From NCBI GenBank assembly GCA_004022145.1, contig RCNU01000009.1: a stretch of 64,000 nucleotides of DNA, one strand, 5' to 3'. Position 1 is the first letter of the stretch. Each line of letters opens with the position of its first letter. Below are positions 26,343-38,148 of this stretch, piece by piece. The DNA is from Paecilomyces variotii (lineage: Eukaryota). Under the pieces are notes generated by a model that was given only the letters and a program-made list of their open reading frames with translations, searched no databases and had not been told where the DNA came from. The translations under genes were made by a program, and so were the position numbers.

Positions 26343-26712
26343 TTGTTAATAACAAGTTCCGCGAGCTCTTCCTCCAACGTGGATCGGGTCTTCGGCCTTT
26401 CTCTCCTTCATCGCCATTTCGATCTTAGTTCAAAGGAGATACTGGTCGAATACCGCGGCACTTCTGTTCCTTGGGAGGAGACCCTCGGGAAAACCTCGCC
26501 ATACATTCAACCGAGTAACTGGGCTCTTGCAAAGAGTGGCATTTTTCGTCCTTTCGAATTCCATTACTCCATGCGGGATGCTGACGAAGATACGGGTGTA
26601 CCTGCTAATTCCAAATATCTCTCGTTTGTCCAATCCTTCGGGAATCTCCTTCATGAAGAGGGTGTGGCCGATTTATTTGGTCTCTGCAAGTACCCTTGTG
26701 ATGACTTCAAAG
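26343..26712 (+). pseudogene. Fragment of a fungal hypothetical-protein gene
   Basis: Protein-like stretch DRVFGLSLLHRHFDL..EILVEYRGTSVPW..PSNW..RPFEF..FGLCKYP. No ATG start and no recognisable C-terminus; flanked by TpA-rich sequence. Confidence 0.5.
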
Positions 26713-27675
26713 GTATACTTGCACAATTTACTAATGGATTATTCATTGTTATTTCTATAAGGCTTTTAATAGGGAACCCCCCGAAGTAATAGTTTTAGTA
26801 GTGCGAAGCCTACTAGATTAGGATAAAAGAACCTATCCTCGGTAGAGGGGCTAGCTAAGTATCCTGTCCTACGGTGAGCGGTAGAGACCACTAGTGCAGT
26901 TACGCCGCACCATACTATGCTAGGAGGTTATCAGGTATGTACATAAACACCTAATTGTAACTAGCTCTTTATTGGAGGAAGACCCAATCATGTTAGAAAA
27001 TAGTAAAGGGTCAATTCGTTCATTGTAAGTCAATACACACGAGTTATTACCGAAGACTTTTATCCATCGATAGTCGCGTACGCTCTTGATGAACCACCTG
27101 CCAAGACAATACTGAGGTTCATCCGTTGACAGAGCGCCTTGAATAATAATGTATGGTATGCGCGCATCGAACAATCAAAGTTAAGCTCGTTATAGATCGA
27201 CAGTCAGATCGATTGATTCGGAATGCAGACCGTGTACATTAAGAGATTAACTCAAGAGTAGGACGGGATCGGTGCGAGCTCCTCCCGAATGCCCGATGTC
27301 TGCTGGTAGCCTAGTTTATGGAGCATCAGACTTCCAGCCAGACATCGGGGTTCCTTGGTAGCAAATGTTAATTAGAATAATCCTTCACCCTCCCACGTTG
27401 ATGATCACATCCAAACTGCTTTCGAAATGTGGTATGTGATAATAATACTCTATCGACTCTCGAACCTCCAACCTGTCGAGCCATTATTATTATTATTATA
27501 ATACTATTATTGATCGGGGTTCGGACCTCCGATTGCCAGGGTTCAGCCATAGCCGCTATCTAGTGCAATTTTTCAATGACGATCCCGCCGAGTGTCGCGT
27601 GCCCGGGCACCAATTATTGTTGATTCAAAATAGCAACGGAGGCTTGGCAAGTTGCCAACTACGTATACCATAGTA

Positions 27676-27678
<3 letters not shown>

Positions 27679-27718
<40 letters not shown>
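27679..27718. repeat. (AG)20 microsatellite
   Basis: Perfect AG dinucleotide run of 40 bp. Confidence 0.97.
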
Positions 27719-27722
<4 letters not shown>

Positions 27723-27886
27723 GACGGTCAACTCGGGAGGGTTGTCTGTATAGTATACTATACAGAGTCCAGCATGGAGTATGTGGATGAGGATCTCTTA
27801 TCGCGACGGATGATCGATCTCAGAAGGTCCGTACGGACTATGTATTTAATATTCCCGGAGTGTAACTACTACTAAATTGAGCATTA

Positions 27887-28827
27887 TCCGTGACTGTTAG
27901 CTCACCCACTCCTGCTGTCGTGGGTGAGCCCTCCCGTATTTGCACTTCCTACCGATTTTCACTTTTTAGCCTTAGGTACCTTTTGTATTGGAACACCATA
28001 CAAAAGGTACATAAGGCTAAAAACAGAAAATATCTAATTATCTCAACATTTTATTAAGGAACCCCTTTATTTTATTTGATAATATTAAAATCTTATTATT
28101 AAATAACTTATATTCTAATTTTTAAGAAGCTCTAATTAAAAGTAAGAGATATATTAGTATTTAAAGATTTCTCACTAAAAGTTTTTTATATGGGGAAAAT
28201 TAAAAAAGCAAACGCTTACTTTAATAATTAAGATTTTACTTTTAAATTAAAGATATAGGTTATTATATTATATTATTTTATTATTATCAATTAAAATAAA
28301 GGTGTCCTCTAACAAAATGTTGAGATAATTAGATATATTCTGTTTTTGGCCTTATGTACCTTTTATATGGTGTTCCCATATAAAAGATACCTAAGAATTT
28401 TAGTGCAAATACGGTAGGAAGTGCAAATACGGGAGGGCTCACCCACGACGGCAGGAGTGGGTGAGCTAATACAGTAAAACCTGCCTATAACGAATCATTT
28501 TTTCCAGGCAGTCTAATTCGTAGTATAGAGGATTCGTTGTATAAAAAGTGGGTCTGTATTAGTAATATACGGATTTTTAGTGAGATTTTCGAATAAATTT
28601 CCTTAATTGGTAATTAATGATTAGGTAATCACTGACTAATAAGGTAAATCTGTACTTTTCTATAACGAATTGTATGGGAAAGGTCTGAAAAAATTAACGA
28701 ATTTCGTAGTAGGAAGGAATAACGAATTTTGTATGGGAATTTGAATTTGACACGGTGTCAAATTCGTTGTGTAGAGGAATTCGTTATATGCGGTATCGTT
28801 ATAAAAAGGTTTTACTGTAGTCACAGA
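27887..28827. mobile_element. MITE A: non-autonomous Tc1/mariner-pogo-type element (about 590 bp without its insert), about 200 bp imperfect TIRs
   Basis: TA at 27885-86 and 28828-29. Left end TCCGTGACTGTTAGCTCACCCACTCCTGCTGTCGTGGGTGAGCCCTCCCGTATTTGCACTTCCTACCG is mirrored at 28412-28469 plus 28820-28827. Arms 27887-~28085 and ~28281-28469 are reverse complements. AT-rich non-coding core. Confidence 0.9.
28472..28817. mobile_element. MITE B: 346 bp Tc1/mariner-pogo(Tigger)-type element nested in the right TIR of MITE A
   Basis: TA target duplication at 28470-71 and 28818-19. TIRs CAGTAAAACCTGCCTATAACGA and (reverse complement) CAGTAAAACCTTTTTATAACGA. Several internal TAACGAATT/AATTCGTT subterminal repeats; no transposase ORF. 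Confidence 0.9.
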
Positions 28828-29591
28828 TAATTGATCATTGCTTCTGTTCAATGCGGTACGGATACGAGCCGGTAGCGCAGTGGACTAGACTACTCTGTAC
28901 CATATCTAAATTGCTTAGAGACTAGGGCTATCTTGAATCGCCCACTACTGCCTCAGCTAAACTCCCCTAAAGGCGGAATCAGGATCCAGGAGCCCCATGC
29001 ACTCGTCACCGTCCTTGGCAAATACAAGGCGCGGAGGCAAATCAACGGAACAGACCATTCCCACCACCGAGTCTCGAACCCCCCCTTGGAGATCGATTTG
29101 GGCCAACGGATACGAGACTTCCGGCCTCCGAGCTGATGCCAGGGAAAAGAAAGAATGTAGACTACTACACACTGCACCAGTGCACAGCCTTAACCCGCCT
29201 ATCTTATACGATTCGCACCGGTGCTGTCCACTTGTTCCACTCGACTACTGCCCGCACCTGTTGATGTTGTCTCGGTGCCCCTAAAAAAAGCACCAGCTTG
29301 CCTTCATCTGGATGCTCGTGGCCCTAAGAGCATCCTTCTCCTGGTAGACCTAATAAGGCTGTCTCTTCTACTGAGACCGTTCTGACGCGCGGTGTTGGCA
29401 GCCATTCCGTGAGCTTACGACGAGTTCTCGAATTCACAGCAAGTCCTCTTTCTCAGCGTTATCCTCTCATAGCTCCTATCGACCTTGGATGGTAGATAGT
29501 TGAAATGAAAATTTGTCCCATGGTCTAGCTATCTACATCTGTCTATCTGAGTTTGCTGCGTGTCGTTTAATATCCCCTTTTGATTACGATC

Positions 29592-30949
29592 ATGGCTTCC
29601 AACGATCTAAATACCGTCCAAGATCCCCCGCAATGGAACAGCGAGCCCATGTTCCAGCTGCCTTCATGGGGCGAGCCGCTGGTAAGTGTCGCATTATCTC
29701 TCTCTCTCTCTCTCTCTCCTCTGACGATGTAGTTAACATGATGCTTTTTTTCCTGCAACAGATTGTGTTTTCCATCCTCGTGGCGTCTATGATTGTTACA
29801 CGGCGAAAAGGATTCCGGATTCTGGGCAAGAAAAAAACGTCTTATGACTCTCTCCTCGACGAACCTACTTCACCTCACTCGTCAGACGAGCTGCTATGCT
29901 ACGATGCGGACAGCGACGAGGGCCTGCTGGGAATCTCCAAGCACTACCCGAAGCGAAGGCGCTGTTGCGGAACGGTCGTTCGGACTCCCAATACGTCGCG
30001 TTTCGCCAGTAACATCCATAGTCGCATCTTGATGAAATTCCCTTTTCTGATAGAGATGTTCTACTGGATCATTACCTACATTTTCTATCGCCTGACCAAG
30101 ATCGTGTCGACCAAGATCTTCTCCAAGATCGGAATCTGGGATGTAGCTATGGAGAACGGCGTGCGATTACTGGAGATAGAAGAAGAGAGCTGGTTGAGGA
30201 TTTTCTTTCCTTTAACAGAGCATAATGTTCAGGCCTGGTTCATGAACGGTCATCAAGTCCTGCTGACCGTCCTCAACCGATTCTATGCTCTCGTTCATAT
30301 CCCTGGCACCGTTGGGTCAGTATTGGTCTGATACGTCATGCAAGCTGGGTCAAGAGCTAACTTTTTGTCCAGGTTCATCGCATGGTACTACTACGTGGCC
30401 CCCTCTCATAATACCTTCGCGACGGCTCGTCGAACATTGACTCTGACGAATCTTTTTGCCTTCGTCACATTTACATTCTATCCCTGTATGCCACCTCGAC
30501 TCCTCCCAAAGGAATACGGATTCCTGGATACTGTGCGCCACGACAATGCTCAGAGCATATGGATGAGCGGCGACTACGTGAACTCTTTAGCTGCCATGCC
30601 CAGCATGCACTTCGGCTACAGCTTCGTGATCGGCTGTGTTCTCCTCTATCACTCAGGCATATTCCGCCGCACTCTGGAGAAAGGCGAGACCAGGATGTCT
30701 CGAGCTTGGCAGATATGGTATCTGTTCCTCGCTGTCGCATACCCACTGTCCATCCTCATCACAATCGTTGCCACCGCAAACCACTACTGGCTTGATGCGG
30801 TCGTCGCAGTCTTCGTTGCATTTTTGGCGTTTCTGTGTAATAAGATATTCATTGCATTGCTACCGCTGGAAGACCTTTTGTTGTGGGCACTCAGGCTTGA
30901 GAAGCCAACTCCTTCCACGGGGGAACGGTACCGGAATGAGCGAATGTGA
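29592..30949 (+). CDS. Integral membrane PAP2_3-domain protein (Aur1/Ipt1-like phosphotransferase family)
   Basis: PCMPPRL, AAMPSMHFGY and IVATANHYWLD catalytic-type motifs; several TM helices. Introns at about 29682-29761 and 30316-30373. Confidence 0.88.
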
Positions 30950-31945
30950 ATAGAATAGTTGGTCATTACACACGATTAGATACCTATATATGTTTGTGGT
31001 TTTATTTTATGACAGATGGAAACGTTAAAATCAATACTTTATATAAATTGGCTCTATTGTCTGCAAGTGAGAACCGATCCTCCTGGGCGGACATCTCTGG
31101 GCTTCTTGCCAGTATATCCAACCTCAAACGGATGAGATGTTGATATAGCACAGGTTCTTCTATATTGCTCATGCCATCTGCGTACCCTATATAGCCTTGG
31201 ATCTATCTTTGCGCCAATCCTGGGTGGACGTGCCATTCATCTGTCGTCCATCGAACGAGATCAGGAGCTAGGAGACATAATAGCTCAGCCAAGCATCCAA
31301 TTATCTTCAGAGATTTTTAGGTTGGTCGTTGACTCTGCCATGGCACTGGCATTAATGGAATGAATCAACCAGCCAACCAACCGATTCATCGAGTATTGGT
31401 GAACTGTCCAATGATGATAACGCAATGGCAAAATGCCTACCATTTGCCCAGTAGAAAGCAAAGGAGTTTACCACGTATGCACAAGCCATTTGCTCCACAG
31501 ATATTGTCGATTAGAAAGCTATATTCGAATAATCCCTCCGATATTCCTAACAGAAAATAGTAACCAGGCAAATACAGACAGCCTGTGTTCATTTCTGAAC
31601 TACCCATCATGGCTTCAAGGCTAGATGTCGTTTGTTACCTTGGGATTTGCGGCTACTTTACAGAAATGGCCCGTGCGCGTAGCTACTCTTGCGACTCCCG
31701 AGTTCCTGAAGATACTCCTCCCCTACCAGCATTGGTCGTTCCTTTGATCTTTTCCTTCCTGTGAATTGAAGGCGTCCTTATCACGGACACAGTCTTTGAT
31801 CTGGAATTGAAATAAATTCCAGTGAAGTCCGCTCACTATCGTTCCTCCCGATTGCTCGGTGCTGTCGCCGTTGACATACAGCTCCTCTTTGCGAACTCGC
31901 GATCGTCGATCTTTTCGGAAGAAACATCCCAATTGACCAGCAGAT

Positions 31946-33050
31946 ATGGATAATCCGGAGGTCCAGATTCCCCCCGCAGAAAATATAGATGTGGAGATGG
32001 AGGAGACGCGGGAACCTGTCGAGCAGCAAAAAGATGGTACCGGAGAGCCAGTCGAGCAACAGCAAGACGCAGAGAGCACCCAGGATGCCACAGTCGTCAC
32101 CACTCAGGATGATAGCGTCGCAGTACAGGAGAAAAACGAGGGGCTCAAGTTTATCGAGTACGACTATCCATTCTTTTCGTCTGTGAAGCTCCTTAGGACT
32201 CTTTCTGGGACAGGGATTCTTCGATGGATTCAAGGGCGCGGACTTGCTAACAACTTTCACTGCAATTGCGCTTCAGTCACTTGAAATCGCCAGTTGTAGA
32301 GCTCGTGGTAGGACAAGGAGATGACCAGACTGTCCTGACTGCTCATGAAGGATTCTTGAAAGAATCACCGTTCTTTTCAGAGGCCGTCGCTGCATTCAAA
32401 GATGGTGAAGCTGTAAGGTCACCCTGTCTTTTTTTCTTTCTGTTTCGCTAGTGAATTCATATCTCTCGTAGCCTTATGCTAACTTTTATTGACTTTCTGT
32501 TGTCACCACACAGCGGAGAATAAATCTACCAGACGAATCCATCGATGCTGTCGGGTGTTTCTTACAGTTCCAGTATACCGGTGACTACTTCCCACGACGA
32601 TTGCAGACTCCTGGGGGCGGATTGGAACATGATCCCACGGCCCCTGACGTCGACGATACTGGAGACCAACTACTCAAACATGCCCGCGTCTACACTTTAG
32701 CGGAGAAACTGGGTGTGCCCGCTCTGAAAACATTGGCGCATTCCAAGATCCATCGCATCAGTAGCACAGCCCGTGGCGAGATCGCATACGCCCGCTACGT
32801 CTACGCCAACACGTCTGCCGATGATGTTGTTATTCGTAAGCCCATTGCAGCTTTCTGGGCTACAAGGAGTCACGTCCTGCGTCACGAAGCCGAGATGGAG
32901 TTCAGGACCATGTGTCTGGAATTCCCTCAGTTCGGATTCGACGTCCTCAGCTTGGTTCTCGATCAGAAAGAGAAGCGTTCACAGGACAAAGCAGATGCAG
33001 ATTCTACGGTAAAAGGTAGCGCCAGGAAGAGACCGAGATCTGGGCTATGA
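31946..33050 (+). CDS. BTB/POZ-like domain protein
   Basis: VELVVG..VLTAHEGFL..SPFF, CFLQFQYTGDY, HARVYTLAEKL are typical of fungal BTB proteins. Two introns. Confidence 0.8.
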
Positions 33051-33563
33051 ATATCAATATGAACATCTCTTTTATCCGCAATGTGCTCTTTTGTGTCTTC
33101 GGGGAACCCAGCTATGAGTAAAATAAGCTACGCATCCGCATGCGGTAAGGAACTTTTCGAGCAAAACTTCCACCTTTACGCCAGACACTCTGGGGTCTGG
33201 TGTTTCATTGCTGGGACTCTTCCTTCACTACAGAACCTGGGACGAAGAACAATATGAACCAAATAATCGAAGAGATAACGGGTTGTGTCATTTTAGTTGT
33301 TTTAAGCATGCGTGATATATTGCATGATATATTGATAGTACCCTCATTGTAAATAAAGGTGCTCTTTCTGCCACAGCTTCACCTACGCAAAATTATCCTT
33401 GTGTGTTCCAGATACAGCATTATAAGCGGAGCTGATGACCTCTAATGTTCTTGGCTGCAACTATCTCCTTTCTATAGGTTTCCCGGAATGGGCGCTTTTC
33501 TACAGACAATACTATCCTCTCTTTCATGTGACATGACCGAGTGTTGTCAGTTAACGTCATGCA

Positions 33564-35181
33564 TTAGTGAGAGCCCTCCGCAGCCAAGCTTTCCATCTCC
33601 ATAGCAGCCTTCGGAGCGGTGGTGAGGTTCTCATAGCCATCACGAGTAATAACTACGTTATCCTCAATACGGACTCCTCCGACGGCCCAATACCGCTCGA
33701 GGACATCGGCATCAATGTATTTGCTGAGCTCTGCATCCTTGAGGAATGGGTCGATGATGAAACGGCAAAAGTAAACCTGTAAAAAGTCTCATTAGCATTC
33801 ACCTCGAGGAATTAGGCCCAGAGGTCTAAACGCCAAGATGCTGGAATATCCCAATGGGTAGGTATAATCAATGACGGGAACGAAAGAAATGGAAACTTAC
33901 ACCGGGCTCGACTGTAATCACACTTCCGGCAGGAAGACGGCCTCTCACACGAAGATATCTGAACATGGTGTCGGTGTCGTTGTAGTTTGCATTTCCGCCA
34001 GTATCATGTGTGTCCATTCCAAGATAGTGTCCGAGGCCATGAGGAAAGAAAGCCACGCTGACTCTCTTCTCAAACAACTCCTCCTCGGAACCGCGTAGAA
34101 TGCCAAGCTTGAGCAGACCCTTGATTGCAGTACGATGAGCGACTGCATGCACATCTTCCCACTGGACGCCCTCTTTCAGCTGTTCGAACGACTTGTTCTG
34201 CATATCAAGTACAATGTCGTAGATCTGACGAGATTCCGGCGTGAACTTTCCTGATAACGGGAAGGTGCGAGTAATGTCCGCACAGTATGTGCGGTATTCA
34301 CCACCGGCATCAAGGAGTAGAATCGACTTCTTCGCCCCAGTGACGGGGTCGATCAGATTCTCGTCATTCTTTTGGTAATGCAGAGTAGCACTGCTCGTGC
34401 CGCTGGCGACAATAGGATGGTATGACTGCTCCCGACAACCGTTGGCAATACATGTGGCGATAAATGCACCTTCGATCTCGCGCTCGTTCTTAGCACTTCC
34501 TGCTGCTTTTATGGCGGCGATGTGTGCCTTTGCGGAGATATCATTTGCTTTTCGTAGTAGTGCGATTTCGTACTCGTCTTTCACGACGCGGCTGTCCTCG
34601 ATGGCCTTCTTGAGGATGGAAAAGTTGGTTTCGGCAAAAGGCTTGAATGAAATATCTTCTGATACCTGCTCGGGGATCGCAAAGATGGTGGCCTTGTCAC
34701 CCGATGAGGATGCAATGCTAGCCAGGGTCGAGTTGACTTTGTCGGTAGTTGAGACGATGTCGGCATCGTAGATTCGAAGAGCTTCGTCGGGGGAGAGAGG
34801 AAGGCCGGACCAGATTACAGAATCAGGATCGATCCCAGGTATGAAAAGGGTCAGTTCATCGGTTTTAATGTTGTATGCCAGGTACGAATCGGGCAGCTCG
34901 CAGCCAGAGAGATAGAAGAAAGGTCGACGCTGCCTAGAGGTCTGTCAATCGGACGAGTTCGGGGTAGAGAGAGAAGCGAAAATGCCCAGAAGGACTGCTC
35001 ATGTATATATGTACCTGAAGGGAACTGGCTCATCATTATCTTCGATCATGCGTGTCTTCTGCGCTTCTAAGTAAATAACGCCGTCATTGGTATACCCATT
35101 GCGACGGAGGTATTCAGCGACTTTGCGCGCGTGAGCTTTAGCGGGATATTTCCCAGCAAGGATAGTGTCAGTGGACGCCAT
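33564..35181 (-). CDS. pepP: Xaa-Pro aminopeptidase / prolidase (peptidase M24B)
   Basis: [64 protein letters not shown]. Two introns. An upstream in-frame ATG lies at 35409. Confidence 0.95.
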
Positions 35182-35805
35182 TGCGTCTTTCCCGGCTGGC
35201 TGATAAAGGAATGATCTGTAGAGAGTCGCCTGGGTGCAGAAGCTGGCCAGAGGAATTGAGGGGCTTGGAGAAGAGCTTATCGATCCGAGAAGAGGGGTTG
35301 GCACCAGAAACCGTGAGCGCCTCGGCAACAATCGTGGAGCTAAAGACGCGATAATAGATTTATTTACTTGACTTCTCTGCAGAAGTGGGTGTCTCAACAA
35401 AAAGGACATGGCTACACAATCATCAGAATCCTGAAGATCTGCATCACTCAAGATGTTGGTTACTTAGTCTGTTCAATCTCCACTTCAAGCCGAGCAATGC
35501 GAAAATCTGAGAACAGTAGTGATCTTAACAGGAACACTCAGGAAGTACCATAGCTCCTGGCACATCTTCTCTTCATACACTAAGACAAGATCTGCTCAAA
35601 TACCTAACTTGTACTACAAAGGAGTTTCTCATGTCGTCAACACATCACATATGGTATACTGGAATAAGCTAACCGGTACAGACAACGCTCAGAGATTATG
35701 CGCTGCACGAATCCAACTGAAAAGCAGCTCGCAAACATAAGATGGGAAACAAACCTCCCTTTTAACGCCATCACGGACCCAAATAAGAACGATCATAAAT
35801 GCAGA

Positions 35806-37341
35806 TCACGTTTGTTGACTGCTAGACTCAATTACGTCCTCAAAATCCATCTCCCACTTATCTATCTCAGCAAATTTCTTCGCCTGTTCTTCCAGTTCTC
35901 GATTGCGACTCGATCCTGCGGGCTTCGGAGTGCCTTGGTCGAGGTCGGATACAGACCCGCGACGTGAAGATGTGGTGGAAACATCCGCGTCGTCGTTTTC
36001 TTTTTCCACATCCCGGCGCCGACGTGAGTATGTGAGACTATCACGTTGCTGCGTCTTGGAGGTCGATGATGCCCTGGTTGACGATTTAGTTCGACTGGCA
36101 TTGGTGGCAGTCTGCCGTTTCCGACCACGCTGATTTGTAGTCTTCTGTTTCGTTCCTGAGTTTGTTGCATTCTCTGATTCAGCCAATAGCTTTCGTCGCG
36201 ACTTTGCCGTCTTTTTTGAAGGCAAACGATTCAACTCGTCATCGTCGGGGTCAGATTCTTCTTCGCTGTTATCGCTCAATATGTCGATGTCTGCACCTTT
36301 CTTGACACGTCTGCGCGGCCGACGTCGACGAGGAAGAAAGTTCTCTTGGAGAGCCGCTGTTGACATCTGCCGTTGACCGCTGCCTGCATCGTCTCCTTTC
36401 CGGACTCGCTCTTTGGACAACCGAGGGTGAACACTGGACGCCGTATCTGTCTCTTGCTGAGTCTGTGCGGGACTGCTGCTCATCGGCGGTGCCATGGTCT
36501 GGCTGAATCTCTCCAACTGTGCAGAGAAAGCAGGAAGCGGCCTGTCCGATGCGTCGCGTTCGTTTTCAGAGTCGCTAGACACAATCGAAGGAGCCACGGA
36601 GGAGCGAGCGCTAGGTAATTCAGGCTCTTCATCTTCTATTAGTGAGCGTTTCCTTTTCCCTGACGAAAGGTTCAAAGAAAGCGCCGAGGGCGAGGGAGAT
36701 GGCTGAGGGAGCGGTAGCTCTCTTTTCGCGAGTGCCAACGGCGTCGATTCATCTTGGGGACTCAAATCGCCGAGGAAGTCATCATCGTCAAGATCCGAAG
36801 ACCCATCAGCCTGCATCATTTGCAGGATGCTGGGTTGCCGTGGTCTCCTCCTGAAATTACTCAACATTGAGCTTTCGAAGGCAGGTGTGCCAGGAACTTT
36901 GGAACCGATATCTCCCTTCCTCCCCGCAAGTGACAGAGTGGAAGAATATCCGCGCGGTCTTGATGCGGGTCTGTTTCCTGTCTGTGGACGTTCTGTTGCG
37001 GGCGATGATCCCAGAGTTCGTCCATGAGACTTAGCGATAGGCGTCTGCTGTACCGGCGGTCGCGATGTATGCGTCTCTGAAACATCTTCTGATGGCGCTG
37101 CCGTTTCCTCAAGACTTCCACTTGTGTCGCCTTTCCGTCCATTGCTGATTTCCCTTTCTTCTTTGTGACCACCACTCGTGGGCCTCTCGTGCCGTGTCGC
37201 GCCCCGTTGGTTGCGAATGCTTGTCACATCACCATCCTCGATAGTATTTTTCTGTGACGCATTCTTCCTTGTAGTTACTCTGCCTTTCGTCGGTGCGACA
37301 GAGGGTGGCAATCGGTTCCTCTTCGCTGGAGGCCGTGGCAT
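35806..37341 (-). CDS. Intrinsically disordered basic protein with KEN box and C-terminal Sororin-like motif
   Basis: Single exon, ATG 37341 (MPRPPAKRNRL). Low-complexity S/R/P-rich body, EKEND KEN box, and terminal ELEEQAKKFAEIDKWEMDFEDV. Confidence 0.6.
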   Translation of the reverse strand: MPRPPAKRNRLPPSVAPTKGRVTTRKNASQKNTIEDGDVTSIRNQRGATRHERPTSGGHKEEREISNGRKGDTSGSLEETAAPSEDVSETHTSRPPVQQTPIAKSHGRTLGSSPATERPQTGNRPASRPRGYSSTLSLAGRKGDIGSKVPGTPAFESSMLSNFRRRPRQPSILQMMQADGSSDLDDDDFLGDLSPQDESTPLALAKRELPLPQPSPSPSALSLNLSSGKRKRSLIEDEEPELPSARSSVAPSIVSSDSENERDASDRPLPAFSAQLERFSQTMAPPMSSSPAQTQQETDTASSVHPRLSKERVRKGDDAGSGQRQMSTAALQENFLPRRRRPRRRVKKGADIDILSDNSEEESDPDDDELNRLPSKKTAKSRRKLLAESENATNSGTKQKTTNQRGRKRQTATNASRTKSSTRASSTSKTQQRDSLTYSRRRRDVEKENDDADVSTTSSRRGSVSDLDQGTPKPAGSSRNRELEEQAKKFAEIDKWEMDFEDVIESSSQQT

Positions 37342-38148
37342 TGCCGGTAAGACTTTCGAGTGTGCCGGGCTAGAAGTAGTTGCTCGTGGAAGGCGATTAA
37401 CGATGCCCGACAAGTATCGTGAATGTTCGATCTCGTGCTGCGCAGTCTTTTCCTGGTAAAGAACTGTGAAAGGGATATGGTAGGTAGGCAATTTGCTGTT
37501 TAGATGATGGCTCTATAGCAATCGATATATTGAGTATGCGTCGCGTCGAGTTGTTTGGGGGAGAAACCACGCGCCGCGGTGGGGCGACGTGTCTCTAATA
37601 ATGGTAGAGTAAATCGACTAATCGGTACTAGTTGGTATCTGCTACTCTACTCTTACGATTCTAGATTCTACATCGAAAAAGTCTCTACTTCCTGGGCTCA
37701 CAGTCATTGAACAAATCAACGGTTAATATCTGTCCAAAAAGAAAGAAGACAACAAAAGTAGCACCAGTAAGGGTATATAGAGATCGCTACCGACAAATGG
37801 GAAGCCAGACCCTCTGCCGACAGGAGACTCGGACTATAATATTCCAATGACAACAATAGTGGTAACAGCTTATTATTTGCATTGAAAGAAAAGACGCTGG
37901 AGTAAACGGTATTTACCGATATGATCGAAGGGGAAGTAGAGAAGAAGAAGAAGAAGAAGAAGAAGAAGCAAAGATAAAAAGATTACAACCCCGTCCCGAC
38001 CAAGCATGGGGGAAAGGATAGAGATCAAACCGTGGTATCTTGAGAATAACATCAGAAGTAGCAAAATCTTTCAGATGACATATCATGGGTATCGTCCGAG
38101 CACGTCACCTCGTTTATATTTAGCGGGTTGTTCAGGGCTCGCATCTTT

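Noticed and set aside
26920..27650. Possible long RIP-degraded ORF on the minus strand, including a TAA run that could be a former CAA run
   Set aside because: Stop density is close to that expected in AT-rich DNA, there are no recognisable motifs, and the run is equally a simple (ATT)n repeat.
28490..28800. Recurrent TAACGAATT/AATTCGTT words that might suggest a CRISPR-like array
   Set aside because: Short, in both orientations, irregularly spaced and inside a TIR-bounded MITE in a eukaryote; these are subterminal repeats.
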